Part shown: positions 60,201 through 64,000 of the stretch, piece by piece
Layout: every line of letters begins with the position of its first letter
Position numbering within the stretch: position 1 is the stretch's first letter
NCBI GenBank assembly: GCA_030704615.1
Contig: CM060732.1
Span: 25,730,001 to 25,794,000 of the forward strand
Length of the DNA: 64,000 nucleotides
Direction: 5' to 3'
DNA from: Takakia lepidozioides
Taxonomy: Eukaryota > Plantae > Bryophyta
Notes under the pieces: model-generated
What the model saw: only the letters and a program-made list of their open reading frames with translations
Told to the model about the DNA's origin: nothing
Databases searched by the model: none
Position numbers and translations under genes: made by a program

Positions 60201-63200
60201 TTTGGCACAAGGAGAGCCTTTCAGCAGCGCTATCCGCATAACCACCTGCGGTACTTGTGCCCAAGTATGTCATCTCTTATCATCTACAAAGGCTGCTACT
60301 GACCTTTGTTGCTTGAGAGTTTGGTGGTCTGAGTAGAAACTGTCCTCTTTAATAACCTGGCGTCTTGACGCTTTTTCCTGGTAAATACACGAATCAATGG
60401 GACGGAACTGTCTTGTGTTCCTACAGGATATTTTACGGCTGCTTACACTTTGGTTCAACCATGGTGCCTCACCTGAAGTACAGAATGCTCTTCAGGATGG
60501 TTTTACTAAAGTACCTGTGGAGACATGGCTGGCGGTGTTACCCCAGATTATTGCACGTATTCATTCCAACACTCCGGCTGTTCGAATCCTCATCCAGGCT
60601 CTCCTTGTCAAAATTGGCCGAGGTCACCCTCAAGTTCGTTTCTATTCCTCTATACTGAATGTCTAGAATACTGAGTTAGGATGCAAGAAGAATGTGAAAA
60701 AACAGGGAGGGAGGGGGGGTTGCGGATTCAAGAAAGAAGCCGGTGGAATTGGCTGCTTAGGTGAGTCTTTCAGATACCTCTGACGTGGAAATCATTCTAA
60801 ATCTGGCTTGGAATGGGGATGGAGAAATAGCTCAGAGTTGGTTGTTGATTGGTGCGAGTAAACTGGACGTGAGAGGATCATGGATGCAGACAAGAGGGTT
60901 TTCCTATGTAACCAATTTTCGTAAGCAACTGAGGGTGATGGATGCTGAATGCCCAGACAAGGCTGTCGAATGGATTTGGTATTTACAAGAGGATGGCACT
61001 ATGCAGGCACTGATGTACCCACTGCTAGTTGCGTGCAAGTCCATCAGCAACCTGCGCCGCACAGCTGCCCAACAAGTGGTGGACAAAGTGCGCCAGCACA
61101 GTGGGACTCTTGTTGAGCAGGTACGCTGTCAAATGAAAACCAGCTTGCATGATTGAGTTCATTCTTCAACCAAATAGGAAGGTGTGCTTTGAAGCTAGTG
61201 GACCTTTACTTTTTCTGGAGACTTAGTTCCTGTCAATCATGAACAATACGACGAAGAAGCTCTCAGAATCTCCGGCTTTTCAAAGTTTCCAGGATCGTGC
61301 CACATGTGTGCTATTTCAACAACGCTTTGTGGCAGGTTGCCTTATCTCGGAGGTCTCACCTGTGATAGGGGTCATTAAGTTCAAGACAAACTTCCTGTCT
61401 TACAGTTCCCAAAAACTCTTGCAAGTTGATTATACTTCCGTAATTTGTAACTCCTTGGACCTTGCAGCAGTCATCAAAAGAATTTGTAATTGGTACATTT
61501 GACAAAAGCTCACAACCAGAATATGCCAGTATTCAAATGATAAGAATGTCTCATATTGAGTCCAACATTTTGGACATCGCAATATGGTGTTATCACAATC
61601 CAGTTCTACAGGCTTTTGCGACTTCACAGCTGTAAGCAGGTTGTTTGTCTCCCAAATCTTCATGCTCTAAAAACTCCTTGAAGATAAGGAATGTCCTCTG
61701 CATTTTCTTTTGAAGGTAAGGATAGTTTCCGTACTTACAAGTACTCGCATAGTTCTTCAGCCTTTTGGCTGTCCAAGAATAGACTTCATAAGCTTGAAGT
61801 TGGGAGCTTTTTGCAGCCCACTTATGTTAATTAGGTTCTGTCTCTGTCTACCTTTCCCTGTCTCTCTTTCTCTTCTTTTTATGTCTGGTCTGGAGTTTGT
61901 CTGGAGTTAACTAATGACTTCAATGCAGAAACTACATTTTCACTGAGTCTTCATGTATTGACACAGAAACCCAGTCCATCTGCACCCTTTGTCAGGAACT
62001 CATTAGGAGCTGTCTGTTACACTAAATTTAGTTGATTCGTCTCCTCTTAGATTGACTGTCTAAGTTATGAGACAGCATTCTTTCTGGTTTGCTTCTTTCT
62101 CTTAATTCTTATTTTGTTCGTGTCTTTCCTTGAAGTTTCGTCCAGGTGCGACTGTTTTCAGGTTTGAATGCTCTTCTTTTCCGTGGATGTGGCTGTCATT
62201 TTATCTCCTTACATATGGACATTCAGAGTTTACAGTGTTTTTACAGTTCGCTTAGTATGTTGAGAGAGGCTGAATCTCACAGAACCTTCTTTCAAGTTAT
62301 ATTCAATGAGATTTGCTAACTTTAGTAATTCATGAAAACATGTGGCTTTCATTCAACTTAAAATAATACAAGCTGCACTCTTCTTGTATTTGAACAATTG
62401 TACCTGTGTTACTAACTAGACATCGTGACCTTCCGATGTAAAATGCGATTGAAAGTAAGCTTGTACCGGTGTGCAGGCACAACTAGTGTCGAAGGAGTTG
62501 ATTCGAGTGGCTATCTTGTGGCATGAGAGTTGGCACGAGGCACTGGAGGAGGCAAGCCGCCTGTACTTTGGGGAGCACAATGTGGAGGGCATGTTGAATT
62601 GTTTGGCCCCTCTGCATGCCACTCTTGAAAGGGAGGGGCCAGTTACTGTGAAAGAGAATGCATTTGTTCAGGTACATGGTGGACTTCTTGTCACCTAATA
62701 GAGATAAGACAATTCATTTTACACCTTTTTCAATGTAGTTTCTATTTTAATGAGTGTCGGGGATATTGCACCCTTAATTACTAGATGCATGCCTCTGATG
62801 AAGTGTAAATGGATGGTTGTTAATGGTTGTAAATGGTCGGTTGTCATGCCACTGTTCATGCAGTGACCATTTCAAAGTTCTCCTTAAGTTGTAGCATACT
62901 AACAAGTAAACAGCAGAGGACTTGATTTAAGTGAATGTCGAGATTGAAGCAAAATCTTTGATGAAGACGCACACTTTTTGGCAGGTAAACCTCTTACTAA
63001 CTGTTGTCTTGAGTTGAATTTGGATGTATATGGCTGAATGTGTTCTGATGGAAAATGGGGCAGGCATATGGACGGGAACTGCAGGAGGCCAATGAGTGTT
63101 GCATGAAGTACCGGCGTACTGGGAAAGAGGCTGAACTCACTCAGGTTTATCTGTATTTCTAGCCTGTTAGTTCTTAGGGTGATGGGGTTGTTGGAAAACC

Positions 63201-64000
63201 ACTGGCGTGTGGTCGGGCTAGGGATTGAACCTAGGACCTCCCCCATTCCGGTGGGGTGCTCTACCACTGAGCTACCCGTCCCGTTCTGTTCTCAAAGTGC
63301 CGTGCAAGGGCTATAACCTTGACACTCCAACAGGGGTCAGGGAACAAATTACGTGTGTTTTTTCTCATTTAATGGGTAATGATAACCCTGCTCCTGTGTC
63401 CACCTCTCCTGGAAGTCAATATGAGATGTAGGACAGTCTTTGTGTATTTGTCTTTGTCTTTCTGTTCTACATTTGCAAGTCAGGAGGAGGAGGCCAAAGA
63501 TCCCAGATCAGTAATTTAATTACTGATGTGTGGTTGGGTACCGATGCAGGCATGGGATCTCTACTACCATGTGTTCAAGCGCATCAACAAGCAACTGCCA
63601 AGCCTGACTACTTTGGAGCTGCAGGTATGCCTTTCCCTCACGTCGATGGGTTGATGGCTGAGCAAAGCTTGAAAATTCAGGTCTGATGTATTGATCTAGA
63701 AAGCTTTTAAACCTGCAATTGGGTGTGGCTGGGGGCACACAGTTTGTCTCACCAGAACTGTTGGAGGCACGCAACCTCGAATTGGCTGTTCCTGGAACTT
63801 ATCGTGCAGGTGTGCGATGATGTTCACGTGCTACATGTCATTGTAGTTCTTCTGAGGTTCTAAGCATGAAACGAAACACATGAACTGACAGATTGAAGTT
63901 TACAAGTGAAGGACATATGCTTAGCATTGTGCAATCCTGTTACTTCCCAGAACTGACACCTGATTGCTTTTATCGGACCAGCTTCCCCTGTTGTCACGAT
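36276..64000 (+). CDS. TOR: Serine/threonine-protein kinase TOR (target of rapamycin), exons 1-48; the kinase and FATC domains lie beyond the window
   Basis: Exons 36276-36365, 37530-37868, 38114-38188, 38379-38551, 39088-39186, 39480-39639, 39848-39991, 40170-40339, 41136-41340, 42197-42415, 42870-43022, 43463-43584, 43785-43884, 44037-44132, 44355-44485, 44756-44858, 45548-45745, 46064-46156, 46458-46493, 47033-47134, 47406-47501, 47850-48012, 48336-48469, 48789-48841, 49266-49389, 52586-52792, 52985-53137, 53331-53483, 53787-53858, 54291-54455, 54983-55044, 55381-55478, 56397-56506, 56712-56888, 57388-57486, 57652-57720, 57818-57949, 58172-58312, 58663-58791, 59052-59229, 59486-59700, 60427-60633, 61007-61120, 62477-62671, 63064-63144, 63550-63624, 63743-63809 and 63982 onward. 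Diagnostic peptides: [25 protein letters not shown] (FAT), [28 protein letters not shown], and [27 protein letters not shown]...[11 protein letters not shown]. Confidence 0.97.
41458..41795 (-). mobile_element. LINE family A 3' fragment in TOR intron 9 (antisense)
   Basis: gaaatgaaatgaaatggtactttataacgtccgcggaaaactcaaagagcttatgggacaa plus the ORF2 end, colinear with 49773-50090. Confidence 0.9.
41813..42054 (-). mobile_element. Two successive LINE family B 3' fragments (41828-41940 and 41956-42039) separated by three copies of a 15-bp target duplication
   Basis: GGAGGCCCAGA(A/T)AGA at 41813-41827, 41941-41955 and 42040-42054. Both inserts are reverse complements of the family B tail. Confidence 0.85.
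45140..45420 (+). mobile_element. Old, highly diverged LINE (family A-like) ORF2 C-terminus in TOR intron 16
   Basis: gagacaccattttccttttcttgtgg...tactatgagatcaggg and caaagtgcttgcctgcttgcctgcat resemble [15 protein letters not shown] and QKCLAAYLH. Confidence 0.45.
49773..52517 (-). mobile_element. 5'-truncated non-LTR retrotransposon (LINE family A, RTE-X-like) in TOR intron 25, antisense, inactivated
   Basis: End of the APE endonuclease (FFLIS...PDSDH); frameshifts at about 51972 and 51705; RT ORF 51695-49878 with [16 protein letters not shown] and [13 protein letters not shown]. The catalytic motif reads YADV rather than YADD. C-terminal [12 protein letters not shown]...CPAC...[11 protein letters not shown] zinc finger; 3' UTR and (ATTTC)n tail. 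The clade assignment is from motif memory. Confidence 0.93.
55562..55615 (-). mobile_element. Diverged family B-like LINE tail in TOR intron 32
   Basis: The reverse complement gctatggccacaaggctaaagagtccaataagtacactctccc resembles ctatggccacaaggctacggc...atgagtacattctctc. Confidence 0.5.
57842..57862 (+). repeat. (GA)10G microsatellite inside TOR coding exon 37 (encodes ERERERE)
   Basis: ctg gag aga gag aga gag aga gag ttg lies in frame between VIDYLTLL and [17 protein letters not shown]. Confidence 0.9.
63210..63281 (-). pseudogene. tRNA-like sequence (tRNA pseudogene or SINE head) in TOR intron 45
   Basis: The reverse complement is GGACGGG TA GCTC AGTGGTA GAGC A CCCCA CCGGAAT GGGGG AGGTC CTAGG TTCAATC CCTAG CCCGACC A. 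D and T arms are perfect, the acceptor stem pairs 6/7, the anticodon arm is non-canonical (C33, A31-G39; nominal anticodon GGA), and TTTT lies about 12 nt downstream. Confidence 0.65.

Noticed and set aside
61230-61900. Possible ancient LINE remnants in TOR intron 43 (and 59880-60360 in intron 41)
   Set aside because: Similarity to family A is too weak to support by eye.
62528-62530. FRB WHESW instead of WHEMW as a sign of rapamycin resistance
   Set aside because: This position varies among TORs, and the key rapamycin-contact residues (Ser in EASRLYF, and [11 protein letters not shown]) are conserved.
63210-63281. Functional tRNA-Ser(GGA) gene
   Set aside because: It lacks U33 and the long variable arm of tRNA-Ser and has stem mismatches; kept only as tRNA-like.
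63982-64000. TOR apparently lacking a kinase domain
   Set aside because: The gene is simply cut by the window edge in mid-exon.

Overview
Eukaryotic, intron-rich land-plant genomic DNA. The gene and transposon types suggest a non-seed plant, probably a bryophyte, but this is inference. Three + strand protein genes: (1) the 3' nine coding exons of MCM5 (398-8522); (2) a complete 12-coding-exon GT106/O-fucosyltransferase-family gene, OFUT7-like (20602-27184); (3) the first 48 exons of TOR kinase (36276 to window end), covering HEAT repeats, FAT and FRB, with the kinase domain beyond the window. Introns of MCM5 and TOR carry many 5'-truncated copies of two non-LTR retrotransposon families: family A (RTE-X-like, with a 2.7-kb copy in TOR intron 25) and family B (inserts at TCTNTC sites, with clear target-site duplications). 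The intergenic DNA holds a decayed Ty3/gypsy element whose integrase ends in a PHD finger, two tRNA-derived SINEs, foldback and tandem repeats, and three related non-autonomous elements with TTAA|CCCTT...AAGGG|TTAA ends. These last elements show the piggyBac signature, which is unusual for a land plant and is the most notable observation. All exon coordinates were read by eye from GT/GC-AG boundaries and protein homology recalled from memory; no database searches were run.
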